Source: Candidatus Woykebacteria bacterium | GTDB taxonomy: Bacteria; Patescibacteriota; Microgenomatia; Woykebacterales; RBG-16-39-9b | Assembly: GCA_040876265.1 (NCBI GenBank) | Contig: JBBDPN010000001.1 | Span: forward strand, 310,208 to 374,207 | Direction of reading: 5' to 3' | DNA length: 64,000 nt | In this document: positions 1 through 10,114 of the stretch, one piece after another | Layout: each line of letters opens with the position of its first letter | Numbering within the stretch: the stretch's first letter is position 1 | Notes under the pieces: generated by a model | What the model saw: the letters and a program-made list of their open reading frames with translations, nothing else | What the model was told of the DNA's origin: nothing | Databases searched by the model: none | Made by a program: the position numbers and the translations under genes

Positions 1-1184
1 TCTTCATTAAAAGCACGCAGAAAGGCTGGGTCTTGTGAAACCTCGGCCATTATTCTTAGTTCAATTTGCGAATAATCTGCTGTAATAAGTTTATAACCTG
101 GGGTAGCTATAAAACAGCTTCGGAATCCTGAGTCAGCCGGTATTTGTTGTAAGTTTGGGTTGTTGCAAGCAAACCTACCAGTATCTGCGCCAAGTTGTAG
201 AAAATCAGGATGTAGCCTACCCGTATGAGAATTTATTTTTTCTAAAATTGACTCCCCAAAGGAAGTTATCATTTTTTCGTAAGCACGGTATTCTAGCAAT
301 TTTTTGGCGAGTATGTGCGTTGATTTTTTTAGGGTTGCTTCAGAAGTATTCGTGAGATCCTCACCTAGTTTTTTGAAGACTTGGAGAAGCTGAATTGGAC
401 TATCCAAATTTACGGTATCACTTTCATTGCCAAAAAGATCTACTTGAGAATAGGGCGACAAATGTCTTATATCCTTCTGTATCTCCCTACTTATCTCATC
501 TCTCTTCTTCTCAAGATCCTTTATATGTGATCGCCATTTTTCTGTGTCAATAAGGGATCCTCTCAGCTCCATCTCAGCTACTACTGAGACGATAGCAAAT
601 TCCAGCCTTGCGGTTTCGATTAAGTGTTCCTCTTGTAATTGCTTGTATTGGCTTTCAAAAATTTTCCTTAGAACCAAAGCGTCTCTGGCTGCATACTCTA
701 GCTGTTCAGTCGAAAATTTCCCTCGAAAAGCTGCATTAGCTGGGTTGTAAAAATCCTCACGAACACTTTTATCGATCTTTATACCGATATATTTTTCTGC
801 TAAAGCTTTAAGCGATATTTCTCTAGAAAGACCACAGGTAAGGATCCTTTCAGCCAGCATTGTGTCAAATACATTACCAAGACTAATACCCGTTTGGGCT
901 TTCAAAAGTGAGTAATCGAATTTAGCGTTTTGAACTATCTTTAATGGTCTTTCCGCCTCCAAAACTACCTTAAGGGAGTTTAAATCCGTGGAGCTTGCAT
1001 CAACAACATAAACCTCATTCCTCGTTGCGAGTTGAACCAACAGCAGCTTAGAAGTAAACGGGTCAAAACTACTACCCTCAGTATCTAAACCAATGATCGG
1101 TTCAGCTTCGATTTTTGGTAATATCCTCCTTAAATCCTCGTCGGATTTTATAAACTGAAATTTGACTTTTGTTTCAGTCTCCAT
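1..1184 (-). CDS. polA: DNA polymerase I, Klenow-like (3'-5' exonuclease + polymerase domains, no 5'-nuclease domain). N-terminus at 1184, C-terminal part runs off the window start.
   Basis: Manual translation of the minus strand from ATG 1184..1182 gives METETKVKF...GLDTEGSSFDP...LLLVQLA...FDTMLAERIL (3'-5' exo motifs) and then LLEYRAY...TGRLHPDFLQLGADTGRFACNNPNLQQIP...DYSQIELRIMA (Pol A motif A). There is no stop before position 1. It is absent from the ORF track because it is partial. It overlaps the gatB stop by 11 nt. Confidence 0.8.
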   Translation of the reverse strand, partial: METETKVKFQFIKSDEDLRRILPKIEAEPIIGLDTEGSSFDPFTSKLLLVQLATRNEVYVVDASSTDLNSLKVVLEAERPLKIVQNAKFDYSLLKAQTGISLGNVFDTMLAERILTCGLSREISLKALAEKYIGIKIDKSVREDFYNPANAAFRGKFSTEQLEYAARDALVLRKIFESQYKQLQEEHLIETARLEFAIVSVVAEMELRGSLIDTEKWRSHIKDLEKKRDEISREIQKDIRHLSPYSQVDLFGNESDTVNLDSPIQLLQVFKKLGEDLTNTSEATLKKSTHILAKKLLEYRAYEKMITSFGESILEKINSHTGRLHPDFLQLGADTGRFACNNPNLQQIPADSGFRSCFIATPGYKLITADYSQIELRIMAEVSQDPAFLRAFNE

Positions 1185-2634
1185 TTGAAAGCTCCAACTT
1201 CAATAAATCAGTAACAACTTTTGGATCCCCCTTGCCTCCTGTCTTCCTCATCACTTGCCCAACCAGGAAGCCTAGGGAAGCTTCCTTGCCTTTTCTAAAA
1301 TCTGCTGCTGCTTTGGGGTTCTCGGTGATTGCCTCATCCACAACCTTCTTTAAGTTACCTTCGGTGAAATCCTGTGAAAATCCTTGCTCTTCGATAATTT
1401 TAGCGGGCATTTTACCACTCTCAAACATAAGAGCAAACACTTTCTTAGCTATGGTTTGGTTAATCTTACCCTTATCTATAAAGTATAGCAGTTCTACTAA
1501 CTCGGCTGGTTCTATTGGGACTTCCTTTGGGCTTAGATTTTTTTCTTTCATTATTCTCAGAAATTCTCCTACAACCCAATTTGCCAGGGTTTTGGCTTTT
1601 GGCTCAATACCTCTCTTTCCTTTTGCGTATAGTATCAGTGCATTTTCAAACCATTGAGCAAGATATTTATCCTCTGTTAAAATTTGAACACTATTTTTGT
1701 CCAAATTAAACTCTTGACCGAATCTTTTCTCCTTTTGCCAAGGGAGTTCCGGTAGGCTTCTTTTAACTTTACTCACATTTTTACTTTCAAAAGTGAGGGG
1801 TGGGAGGTCTGGCTCCGGAAAGTAGCGATAGTCTGGCGATGTTTCTTTTGAACGCTGCGACACTGTTACCCCCTTTGTTTCTACCCACCCTCTTGTTTCT
1901 TGGTCAATTTGACCACCAGACTCCAACACTTTTATTTGGCGTTTGATTTCGTAAGTTAGAGCTTTTTCCAGAAACCGAAACGAATTAATGTTCTTGATTT
2001 CCACTTTTACGCCAAGAGTCTTCGTCCCTTGTTTCTTTATAGAAACATTTGCGTCGAACCTCATTCCAGCTTTCTCCATATCCACGTCGGCCACTTCGAG
2101 ATACCTAGCAACTTGATGAATGGTTTTAGCGTACTCCTTAGCCAATTGGGGACTATCTATATCAGGCTCGGAAACTATTTCCATCAGAGGTACGCCAGAC
2201 CTATTAAAATCTACCAGACTTACACTTTCTCCATTTACCCGGGCATGAATCAGCTTACCAGTGTCCTCTTCCTGATGGGCTCGGTTTATCCTTATTTTTT
2301 TCCCACCAACTGGTACCCATCCATTTATACCTATAGGTAAATCGTATTGCGAAATCTGATATCCCTTTGGAAGATCGGGGTAGAAATAATTCTTTCTGTC
2401 AAACTTACTCTGGACAGAAACCTCACAATTTAACCCCAAAGCAAATTTTACCGCTGAACTAATTGCCTCCTCATTAATTATTGGTAAAGCACCCGGCAAT
2501 CCTAAGCAGACTGGGCAGGTGTGAACATTTGGCTGTGCGCCAAAATATTGCGCGCTACTGCAGCAAAACATCTTAGATTTTGTTTTGAGTTGGACATGTA
2601 TCTCCAAACCAATTGTTTCTTCGTATTGTTCCAT
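1174..2634 (-). CDS. gatB: Asp-tRNA(Asn)/Glu-tRNA(Gln) amidotransferase subunit B
   Basis: 486 aa. N-terminus MEQYEETIGLEIHVQLKT...CPVCLGLPGALP matches GatB. Lies in an operon with gatC and gatA. Confidence 0.9.
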   Translation of the reverse strand: MEQYEETIGLEIHVQLKTKSKMFCCSSAQYFGAQPNVHTCPVCLGLPGALPIINEEAISSAVKFALGLNCEVSVQSKFDRKNYFYPDLPKGYQISQYDLPIGINGWVPVGGKKIRINRAHQEEDTGKLIHARVNGESVSLVDFNRSGVPLMEIVSEPDIDSPQLAKEYAKTIHQVARYLEVADVDMEKAGMRFDANVSIKKQGTKTLGVKVEIKNINSFRFLEKALTYEIKRQIKVLESGGQIDQETRGWVETKGVTVSQRSKETSPDYRYFPEPDLPPLTFESKNVSKVKRSLPELPWQKEKRFGQEFNLDKNSVQILTEDKYLAQWFENALILYAKGKRGIEPKAKTLANWVVGEFLRIMKEKNLSPKEVPIEPAELVELLYFIDKGKINQTIAKKVFALMFESGKMPAKIIEEQGFSQDFTEGNLKKVVDEAITENPKAAADFRKGKEASLGFLVGQVMRKTGGKGDPKVVTDLLKLELSNGD

Positions 2635-2645
2635 AGACTAGTAGG

Positions 2646-3176
2646 TTATTTACCAAGCAATCTTTTCCACCAACTTTTCTTGGCACGAGTGAAATAATTC
2701 TTTTTCATCTTACCCAACCGGTCCGTTCTTCTCATTAACCTCTCGTCTGGTTCTACATCCCAGCGAATCCTATCTATTTTGGAAACTTCCTCCCTTAAAC
2801 CTTTATTAGACGCATATTCTCTCCCCTGCTCTGCCATAGTTTTGAACAAATTTCGCACTCGAAACCTATCCAAATCATAAAGATTGATGGAAAAAAGTTT
2901 GTAACCTTGTTTTTCAACCAAACCGATCTTTTTACTATCTAGGGTCACCTGTTTTTGAAAGTCTTCTGGTCCCGCGTGCATACCAGGAACAACGCGGTAG
3001 TGCTGATCTCCTTGAAACTCTATTGCCAAACCCAGTGTTGGGTAAAATCTATCAATTTCCAACCTCTCTAGCCAATCGGGCCGGACATTATCAATCTTTC
3101 TAAACTGACCAAAGTATTGATCAAGGATGCGCTTAGCCAACATTTCGCTATGTGAAACCCGCACTTCACTACTCAT
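2646..3176 (-). CDS. Vsr/DUF559-like PD-(D/E)XK endonuclease-fold protein inserted between gatA and gatB
   Basis: 176 aa. Motif [19 protein letters not shown] followed by [14 protein letters not shown] resembles the DUF559/Vsr core (D..P.L.LAIE.DG..H ... GY.V.R). Basic C-terminal tail. The start overlaps the gatA stop by 4 nt (ATGA). Confidence 0.45.
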   Translation of the reverse strand: MSSEVRVSHSEMLAKRILDQYFGQFRKIDNVRPDWLERLEIDRFYPTLGLAIEFQGDQHYRVVPGMHAGPEDFQKQVTLDSKKIGLVEKQGYKLFSINLYDLDRFRVRNLFKTMAEQGREYASNKGLREEVSKIDRIRWDVEPDERLMRRTDRLGKMKKNYFTRAKKSWWKRLLGK

Positions 3177-4582
3177 AACTTGGGTTTATCGATAAACGGA
3201 AAGTTTTGCTCGTAAGCATAAGCGACATTAAATATTTTTTCCTCTTGCCAATGATCAGCAATGACCTGCAACCCCACCGGCAGCCCAGAAACTAAACCAC
3301 AGGGAATCGACACGCCTGGCAGGCCAGCTAGATTTACTGGGACAGTAAGAATATCAGCCAAATACATGCTAAGTGGATCATCTGCCCTCTCACCAATCTT
3401 GAAAGGGAGGATTGGTGAGGTAGGGCCAACGATAACGTCAACCTTTTTAAAAGCTTCTTGAAACTCTTTGTAGATCAAAGTTCTCACCTTCGCTGCTTTT
3501 AGATAGTAAGCATCGAAATAGCCAGAAGAAAGCGCGTAGGTACCGAGCATTATTCTTCTTTTTACTTCAGGTCCAAAGTGTTCTCTGGTGTTTCCAAAAC
3601 GAATACCGTCAAATCTAGCCAGATTTGCACTCGCCTCTGATGGCAAAATTAAATAGTACACGGCTATAGCCTCTTTGCTTCTCGGTAAAGAGAGCTCGAC
3701 CAAGGTTGCTCCCAACTTTTCCAACCTACTAACTGCTTTAAGTACACTGTCCTTGACCGAAGCTGCTATACCCGCACCAAAATACTCTTTCGGCACACCA
3801 ATTTTAACTCCCCTTACATTTTCCCGCAGGCTCTTTGTGTAATCTGGGACCTCCTTCGAGACACTTGTAGCGTCATTTTTGTCAAAACCGGCAATTGTAT
3901 TCAGGACTATAGCTGCATCTTCAACTGTTTTGGTAAATGGTCCAATCTGGTCAAGTGAGGAAGCAAGAGCAATGAGACCATAACGGCTTACCCTACCGTA
4001 AGTTGGTTTGAGACCAGTCACCCCACAGAAACTTGCGGGCTGTCTTATACTCCCACCGGTATCTGACCCAAGAGAGAAAATGGCCATTTTGGCTGCGACA
4101 GCTACCGCAGACCCACCACTACTTCCACCCGGAACTCTCTGTTTGTCCCAAGGATTTTTAGTGATTTGGTAAGCTGAGTTTTCCGTGGACGCTCCCATAG
4201 CAAACTCGTCCAGATTTGTTTTCCCAGTTATTACGACGCCACTTTCTAAAAGTTTTTTATAAACTGTAGCCGAGTAAGGAGGAATAAAATTAGATAATAT
4301 TTTTGATCCGGCGGTTGTCCTAATACCCTCCGTTAAAATTACATCTTTAATTGCAGCTGGTATACCGGCTATTGGAGAGATTTGTTGTCCTTGGGCAATC
4401 AGTTTGTCAACTCTTTCAGCTTGATGAACCGCTTCCTCCTTAGTAAGTAGTAGGTAGGCCTTTAGATCTTTGTCGGACTTTTCTACTGAAGCAAAAACAG
4501 CTCCCGTCAATTCTCTGGAAGAGAAATTTTTCTTCTCAAGCCCTTCGTGAGCTTGTTTGATCGTAAGGGTTGATAGGTCCAT
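3173..4582 (-). CDS. gatA: Glu-tRNA(Gln) amidotransferase subunit A (amidase family)
   Basis: 469 aa. Amidase signature [13 protein letters not shown] and the GatA-like N-terminus. Confidence 0.9.
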   Translation of the reverse strand: MDLSTLTIKQAHEGLEKKNFSSRELTGAVFASVEKSDKDLKAYLLLTKEEAVHQAERVDKLIAQGQQISPIAGIPAAIKDVILTEGIRTTAGSKILSNFIPPYSATVYKKLLESGVVITGKTNLDEFAMGASTENSAYQITKNPWDKQRVPGGSSGGSAVAVAAKMAIFSLGSDTGGSIRQPASFCGVTGLKPTYGRVSRYGLIALASSLDQIGPFTKTVEDAAIVLNTIAGFDKNDATSVSKEVPDYTKSLRENVRGVKIGVPKEYFGAGIAASVKDSVLKAVSRLEKLGATLVELSLPRSKEAIAVYYLILPSEASANLARFDGIRFGNTREHFGPEVKRRIMLGTYALSSGYFDAYYLKAAKVRTLIYKEFQEAFKKVDVIVGPTSPILPFKIGERADDPLSMYLADILTVPVNLAGLPGVSIPCGLVSGLPVGLQVIADHWQEEKIFNVAYAYEQNFPFIDKPKL

Positions 4583-4584
4583 TG

Positions 4585-4884
4585 CTACCTGTCCAAAACC
4601 GCCTTTACTTTGAAAAACCCGTTATGACTGCTTTTGGTATTTTGCAAAGCTTCTTTTTGGGATAAACCAGGTTCGGTCTCATCCTTCCTCTTAATATTTT
4701 CCGCTCCTGTAACGTGAGCGGTTGGCTCCACACCGGTAGTATCTACTTTGGTTAGTAAGGATATGTTGTAATCGATCACCTCAGATAGCTGGCTTGAAAA
4801 TTTCTTTACTTCGGCTGCTGTTAACGGTAGATTTGCCAGCTTTGCTACATGTTTTACCTCATCAGTAGAGATCTTCCTTTTCAT
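4585..4884 (-). CDS. gatC: Glu-tRNA(Gln) amidotransferase subunit C
   Basis: 99 aa. [24 protein letters not shown] is typical of GatC. Sits immediately upstream of gatA. Confidence 0.8.
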   Translation of the reverse strand: MKRKISTDEVKHVAKLANLPLTAAEVKKFSSQLSEVIDYNISLLTKVDTTGVEPTAHVTGAENIKRKDETEPGLSQKEALQNTKSSHNGFFKVKAVLDR

Positions 4885-5804
4885 ACGTACGCTCCACTTG
4901 AACCTCGCAATGCTTCCACCCTTTCTTCAACTGGTGGGTGAGTCCGAAAAAGACCTGCGAGCCAATTTTTTGCTTGTTCTCCTTTGAAGGGGTTGATGAT
5001 AAACATATGAGCGTTAGCCGTATTTGCATTTTTAGCTGGTGTCGCATCGCTACTTATTTTTAACAAAGCGCTCGCTAAATCCTGCGGATTCCTTGTCAAA
5101 AGGGCGCCCGAGGAATCAGCTAAAAATTCCCTTCTTCTGGAAATTGCAAGCTTTATAAGTTGCGCAGCTATTGGCGCCAAAACAGCCGCCAAAATTCCAA
5201 CTATCAAAATAAGCGAGTTTCCGCCTCGACGGCCTCGGTTAGCTCCTCCCCACCACAAACTGCGGAAGAAAATATCGGCAAGTAGGGCCACACTCCCAAC
5301 CAGAATTACCACAATACTCATTAGTCTAGTGTCGTAATTCCTTATATGAGAAAGCTCATGCGCAGCCACACCTTCGAGTTCCAATCTTTCGAGTCTATTT
5401 AAAATGCCAGTGGTAAAGGCGATAGCCGCGTGCTCTGGATCCCTACCAGTAGCAAACGCATTTGGAGCTGGGTCGTCAATAATATAGATCTTTGGAATAG
5501 TTGATCCCGAAGCAATAGATAAATTCTCTACAATTCTGTACAGATCTGGATTGTCCTTCTTTTCGATCGATTTAGCACCACTCATGCCTAAAACTAGCTT
5601 ATCGGACCAATAGTAAGAGCCGAGATTTACAAAGCCTGAAATCATTAAAATGATACCAACAAAGCCAAAAGCACCAATACCCTCATAACCCAACGCCAAT
5701 ACTAACACATAGGCCACAGCAACGATAAAGACCGAAAAGCTTAGCATCAGGAGTAATGTTTTTCTCCTATTTGAATCAATTTGGTTGTGAATTGTTGGTA
5801 TCAT
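4881..5804 (-). CDS. htpX: Zn-dependent protease HtpX (M48 family)
   Basis: 307 aa. HELSHIRNYD (HEXXH) motif and transmembrane segments. Overlaps the gatC start by 4 nt. Confidence 0.85.
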   Translation of the reverse strand: MIPTIHNQIDSNRRKTLLLMLSFSVFIVAVAYVLVLALGYEGIGAFGFVGIILMISGFVNLGSYYWSDKLVLGMSGAKSIEKKDNPDLYRIVENLSIASGSTIPKIYIIDDPAPNAFATGRDPEHAAIAFTTGILNRLERLELEGVAAHELSHIRNYDTRLMSIVVILVGSVALLADIFFRSLWWGGANRGRRGGNSLILIVGILAAVLAPIAAQLIKLAISRRREFLADSSGALLTRNPQDLASALLKISSDATPAKNANTANAHMFIINPFKGEQAKNWLAGLFRTHPPVEERVEALRGSSGAYV

Positions 5805-5971
5805 CTCTTATTTATTTTAAATTTAAACAATTCGCACATCGACCAATAGATCGATATTGTGGATAGTTGGAACCATAGTATAATTATTTAATACCCAACT
5901 AGACACAACAACAAGTGAAGCTTGGTATTGTAGATTGTCGGGACTGCCATTAACTTCGCCACCCCAAGAGG

Positions 5972-6523
5972 TTAAAACTTCACGTCAACTCGTTTTTTTG
6001 CCTCTTCTTCCGCTTCAAAGAATTCTTCAGCCTTAAACCCAAACATATTAGCAATTACCACGTTTGGGAAAACTTGAATTTTGGTGTTAAAGTCCAATAC
6101 GTTTGAGTTGTAAAATTGACGGCTGGCAGCAATCTTTGTTTCTGTGTCAGACAACTCTTTCTGGAGTTCCTTGAAGTTATCAGACGCTTTAAGATCCGGA
6201 TAGTTTTCTGCCACTGCAAACAGCGATTTAAGCGCGCCAGTCAACATGTTATCTGCTTCCGCGGCTTCTTTAGCCGACTGCGCTCCCAGCATCGCGCTTC
6301 TGGCCTTTGTGACATTTTCGAATATAGATTTTTCATGCTTGGCGTAACCCTTTACTGCTTCAACCAGGTTTGGAATTAGGTCCGTTCTTCTCTTTAGTTG
6401 AACATCAATACCGCTCCAAGATTCTTTTACTCTGTTTCTAGCAGTTATTAACCCGTTGTAAACTCCAAGAATAAATAGTATTACTACCACAACTGCGGCT
6501 AATAAAACCCACACTACAATCAT
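5972..6523 (-). CDS. lemA: LemA family membrane protein
   Basis: 183 aa with an N-terminal transmembrane segment. [18 protein letters not shown] and [14 protein letters not shown] are LemA-like. Confidence 0.75.
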   Translation of the reverse strand: MIVVWVLLAAVVVVILFILGVYNGLITARNRVKESWSGIDVQLKRRTDLIPNLVEAVKGYAKHEKSIFENVTKARSAMLGAQSAKEAAEADNMLTGALKSLFAVAENYPDLKASDNFKELQKELSDTETKIAASRQFYNSNVLDFNTKIQVFPNVVIANMFGFKAEEFFEAEEEAKKRVDVKF

Positions 6524-6567
6524 TTTTTACACCTCCTCTCATCAATCCGCTACCTGACGGATCAATC

Positions 6568-8352
6568 TCAGATTTCTAGTATATCCTTTAGCTTTGCATA
6601 GGGCAAGCTGTTTATAATATCACCCTTATCTGCCCAACCCCTACGAGCGACCGAGATACCATACTCCATAAGGGTCAGGTGGTTTATCTGGTGAGAATCC
6701 GTATCAACAGTAAACCTGACTCCAAATTCTTTTGCTTCGCGAACTAAATTATCAGGTAAGTCTAGTCTGTTTGGATAACCGTCAATTTCCAGGAATTTTC
6801 CCAGCTCCCCAGCTCTCCTAAAAATTTTTCCCCAGTCTGCATTTATTCCTTCCCTTTCCAATAGCAGCCTTCCAGTTGGATGAGCGAATACGTCAACGTG
6901 CGGATTTTCCAAGGCTTTAAGTATCCTATTAGTCATCTCCTTTTTAGGTTGGCGGAAACTAGTGTGGATAGAAACAAAAATAATGTCATGTTTAGCTAGT
7001 ATTTCATCGGGAACCTGCAAGGTAGAATTAGCATTTATGTTTACTTCGAGTCCAGATATTACCCTAATTTTATCTTGTGAGTAATTAAATTGTTCTATTT
7101 CTTTTAATCTTTGATCAAATTTCAGACTTGGGTATGAGTGATCTGTTAACGCAATGTACTCTCTTCCAAGGCTTGCGGCTGCTTTTGCCATATCTTCAAT
7201 AGAATCTTGACCATCGCTCCAAAACGAGTGGGTGTGCAAATCTCCTTTAATGTCGCTCAGTTCAACAAGCCCGGGAAGTTTGTTTTTTAGCGCCGCTTCT
7301 ATCTCACCTGTATCTTCGCGTAGTTCAGGGGGAGGGGTTTGCATTTCAAATAGTGAATAGACTTCATCCTCCGTCTGACAGGGACGGACCTTGTCAGTTT
7401 TAAGTTCTTTTATACCGTATTCAGAGATTGAGTACCCTTTTTCTCTGGCTAGTGATCGCATGTGGATGTTGTGAGCTTTCGAACCTGTAAAATGGTGTAG
7501 TAGCGAACCGTAATGCTGGGGCGGTTGAACCATAAGATCAACGTGAATCCCGTCACGAACAGCGATGGTAGCTGTTCTGCCTCCGGCTTCGACAACTCTT
7601 TCTTTGCTTGGAAATTTCGTAAAGTGCTCAATAACCGCTTTAGGGTTATCCGAGGCTACTGAAAGATCAACATCTCCAACCGTAGCTACTTTTCTTCGCA
7701 AACTACCGAGAGAATCTGCCGCCACCACATCTTTATGTCTTTTCAAATATTCTAGTACTTTTTTTGCCACCTCTCCCGCCACAGGAAGTAAGATACGATC
7801 CGATTTTCGTTTTAGTTCTCCGATACCCTGCAGGATATTCCTGAGAGATTTTTCGCTAAATTCTTCTTCAAGTAGTTTTTCTTTAATTTTTTCTTCTAAA
7901 TCTGGGACATTTTTTACCCCTGCTTTAGCTAATTTATAAGCGGTCTTTGGCCCCACCCCAGAAATTTTAAGAAGGTCAAACATGGAAGTAGGTACATTTT
8001 TAAAGAAACCTTCGAAGTGTCTTACCTTACCGGTAGTGAAGAGTTCGTCTATGTAATTAGCAATATTGCTACCTATCCCAGGGATTTGGTCTAGTTGCCC
8101 GGTTTCCCAAATGGCGCGGATATCGCTGCTGGCGTGTTCAACAGCGTCTGCGGCCAGATCATAAGCCCGAATTTGAAAATAATTTTCTCCCTTTACCTGA
8201 TGGGCCGCTGAAACATTGCGCAGCAAAGTTGCCACTTCTTTGTTAGTAAATTTCTTTACCATAAGCAGTTTTATTATATTATGTTCTGATAGAAACGAAA
8301 ACACCGCCCGGGACAAGCCCAAACGGTGCGTTCGATCTCTTCTCCAGGTCAC
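6568..8352 (-). CDS. polX: DNA polymerase X family protein with C-terminal PHP phosphoesterase domain
   Basis: 594 aa. HhH motifs (GIGSNIANYI, GVGPKTAYKL), a nucleotidyltransferase core, and PHP histidines (HTHSFWSDG, TDHS). Confidence 0.8.
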   Translation of the reverse strand: MTWRRDRTHRLGLSRAVFSFLSEHNIIKLLMVKKFTNKEVATLLRNVSAAHQVKGENYFQIRAYDLAADAVEHASSDIRAIWETGQLDQIPGIGSNIANYIDELFTTGKVRHFEGFFKNVPTSMFDLLKISGVGPKTAYKLAKAGVKNVPDLEEKIKEKLLEEEFSEKSLRNILQGIGELKRKSDRILLPVAGEVAKKVLEYLKRHKDVVAADSLGSLRRKVATVGDVDLSVASDNPKAVIEHFTKFPSKERVVEAGGRTATIAVRDGIHVDLMVQPPQHYGSLLHHFTGSKAHNIHMRSLAREKGYSISEYGIKELKTDKVRPCQTEDEVYSLFEMQTPPPELREDTGEIEAALKNKLPGLVELSDIKGDLHTHSFWSDGQDSIEDMAKAAASLGREYIALTDHSYPSLKFDQRLKEIEQFNYSQDKIRVISGLEVNINANSTLQVPDEILAKHDIIFVSIHTSFRQPKKEMTNRILKALENPHVDVFAHPTGRLLLEREGINADWGKIFRRAGELGKFLEIDGYPNRLDLPDNLVREAKEFGVRFTVDTDSHQINHLTLMEYGISVARRGWADKGDIINSLPYAKLKDILEI

Positions 8353-8981
8353 TTACGATTCGCCGGCCAACCAGAAGGATTGTTTCCGTACCGATCAACA
8401 AACGCAAGCCCGTGCTTATCATCGGTGTTTATTTGTACCCCCTCTTGGCAAAGCGGACACTCATCCTCTGGGTAGTCGGGCAAATAACGATTGACACAGC
8501 TAAAGATTGGCACATCAAGCCTAACGTCGGTTCTGTTCCACAATTGACCTACCCCCACAACCTCTGCGCCAAGCTTGCGCACAGCTCTCATTAGTTCCTT
8601 CTCAGTCCCACCGGTTGTTGACGTATCATCCACCACCAAGACACGGGTCCCTTCTCGGATCAGATCGGCAAACCCGCTGGGGAGCAAGAGCTGCCCATTG
8701 ATAACCTCAGCGTAGATGAAGTTCGTTTCCTCACCCAAGTAATAAGCAACTCTTGAACCTAGAGCAATGGCGCCCGCAGCAGGAGAGATCACGACTTCAA
8801 CTCTGTAAGACTCGAAATGATCTGAAATTGCTTCCGCAAGTAGATCGAGTTTGTGGGGCTTAGTGTTGAACTTCTTAGTTATCTTGACCCTTGCGTGAGA
8901 ACCGTTGGTGAAAACGAAGTGGCCTTCTTCAACAGCGCCTGTTGACTTAATCAATTCGAGAGCATTATCCTCGGTCAGCAT
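8349..8981 (-). CDS. pyrE: Orotate phosphoribosyltransferase with a ~50-aa Cys-containing C-terminal extension
   Basis: 210 aa. PRTase PRPP-binding loop VLVVDDTSTTGGT. OPRT-like N-terminus (GHFVFTNGSHA). Adjacent to pyrF. The C-terminal CVNRY...CPLCQEG is an atypical tail. Confidence 0.7.
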   Translation of the reverse strand: MLTEDNALELIKSTGAVEEGHFVFTNGSHARVKITKKFNTKPHKLDLLAEAISDHFESYRVEVVISPAAGAIALGSRVAYYLGEETNFIYAEVINGQLLLPSGFADLIREGTRVLVVDDTSTTGGTEKELMRAVRKLGAEVVGVGQLWNRTDVRLDVPIFSCVNRYLPDYPEDECPLCQEGVQINTDDKHGLAFVDRYGNNPSGWPANRK

Positions 8982-9863
8982 TTATCCCTCCATCGTTCGG
9001 AATGACTCCAGAACTGATCGGATCTGCTGATCGTAGAAATCAGCCGCTTTGGCCGCTGCCTTATCAAAATGCTTCGGATCAGCCTTGAATTGTTCTGTTA
9101 GATAGGCGGATGACCATCTACTAGAAACGTTGATGACGAAATCGGCGAGTGCATTGGGGTTGTACGCTTTCCCAACCGATGCTCTCAAATCACCGCTCTG
9201 AGTCCCTACGCCAGGGATCAAAAGGAAGATACTTGGCGCAATCTCCCTTACTTTCGCGAGTTCGTTTGGATAGACTGCACCTACTACCAACCCACAGTTA
9301 CCACTCTCGTCCCAGTCACGCGAAACGTTACGGGCAACAACTTGATACAATGGCGCACGGTCCTGACCAAGAACAGGGTCCGTACTCACATCAACAGTAA
9401 GGTCTTGGAACTCGCCGGCACCTGGATTACTCGTTCGGCAGAGAATAATGATTCCTCTCTCCGCCTCGGCCAAGAACCCACTAAGGGACTCTCTTCCAAG
9501 GTAGGGGTGAACCGTAACGGCATCAACCCCGAATAGATCGAAGGCTTCCTTGATGTACCTTGAGTTTGTTTTCCCAATGTCTCCTCGCTTCATGTCAAGG
9601 ATAATTGGTACACCAGGATCCAATGATCGCACATGTCTGATCACCAACTCCAGCTCCTTCAACCCCTCGGAGCCTCGCTCTTCGAAGAAAGCGATGTTGG
9701 GTTTGATTGCTGCGGCGTAAAGCAGTGATCTCTCCAAAGACCTCTGACAGAACTCAGTCACAGATACCTCAGCAGGAATCTTACCAAGATCAGGATCAAC
9801 ACCCAAGCACAGGTGTGCCCCCTGCAGTATCCTGGCACTTATCTTTTCCATGAATGACACCAT
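8982..9863 (-). CDS. pyrF: Orotidine 5'-phosphate decarboxylase (type 2)
   Basis: 293 aa. ILDMKRGDIGKT matches the type-2 OMP decarboxylase D-x-K-x-x-D-I motif. Confidence 0.7.
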   Translation of the reverse strand: MVSFMEKISARILQGAHLCLGVDPDLGKIPAEVSVTEFCQRSLERSLLYAAAIKPNIAFFEERGSEGLKELELVIRHVRSLDPGVPIILDMKRGDIGKTNSRYIKEAFDLFGVDAVTVHPYLGRESLSGFLAEAERGIIILCRTSNPGAGEFQDLTVDVSTDPVLGQDRAPLYQVVARNVSRDWDESGNCGLVVGAVYPNELAKVREIAPSIFLLIPGVGTQSGDLRASVGKAYNPNALADFVINVSSRWSSAYLTEQFKADPKHFDKAAAKAADFYDQQIRSVLESFRTMEG

Positions 9864-9949
9864 CGATCTCCTCCAAACTAGTATATGTTAACCAAAATGT
9901 GCTGGTGAAAGTATAGTAGGGAGACTATGAGACGTCAAGTTTAGTATGA

Positions 9950-9978
9950 TTGACGATACAAATCTAATTTGTTAAACT
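9950..9978 (+). promoter_or_regulatory. Candidate sigma70 promoter for tRNA-Asp (TTGACG-17-TAAACT)
   Basis: -35 TTGACG at 9950-9955, 17-nt spacer, -10 TAAACT at 9973-9978, about 16 nt upstream of the tRNA start. Confidence 0.35.
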
Positions 9979-9994
9979 TACACTTCGATTACTT

Positions 9995-10070
9995 GGGGCG
10001 GTAGCTCAGCGGTTAGAGTGGCTGTCTGTCGAACAGCAGGTCGCGGGTTCGAATCCCGTCCGCCCCGCCA
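9995..10070 (+). tRNA. tRNA-Asp (anticodon GTC)
   Basis: 76 nt cloverleaf. Acceptor GGGGCGG/CCGCCCC. Anticodon stem GCTGT/ACAGC with loop CTGTCGA. T-loop TTCGAAT. Encoded 3' CCA. Confidence 0.85.
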
Positions 10071-10114
10071 GTCCTTGTTACATTTTGACCCACTTTTATC
10101 ATGTTTTGAGGCCG

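Noticed and set aside
217-310. An apparent frameshift/premature stop in polA near the A6/T6 run at ~300, suggesting a pseudogene or programmed frameshift.
   Set aside because: This was my own codon-counting error. Carrying the frame carefully across the 60-nt line breaks gives one continuous ORF from ATG 1184 to the window edge, through LLEYRAY...TGRLHPDF...DYSQIELR.
155-750. Plus-strand track ORFs 155..355 and 544..750.
   Set aside because: They are antisense to the well-supported polA reading frame, low-complexity, and have no recognisable motifs. They are spurious.
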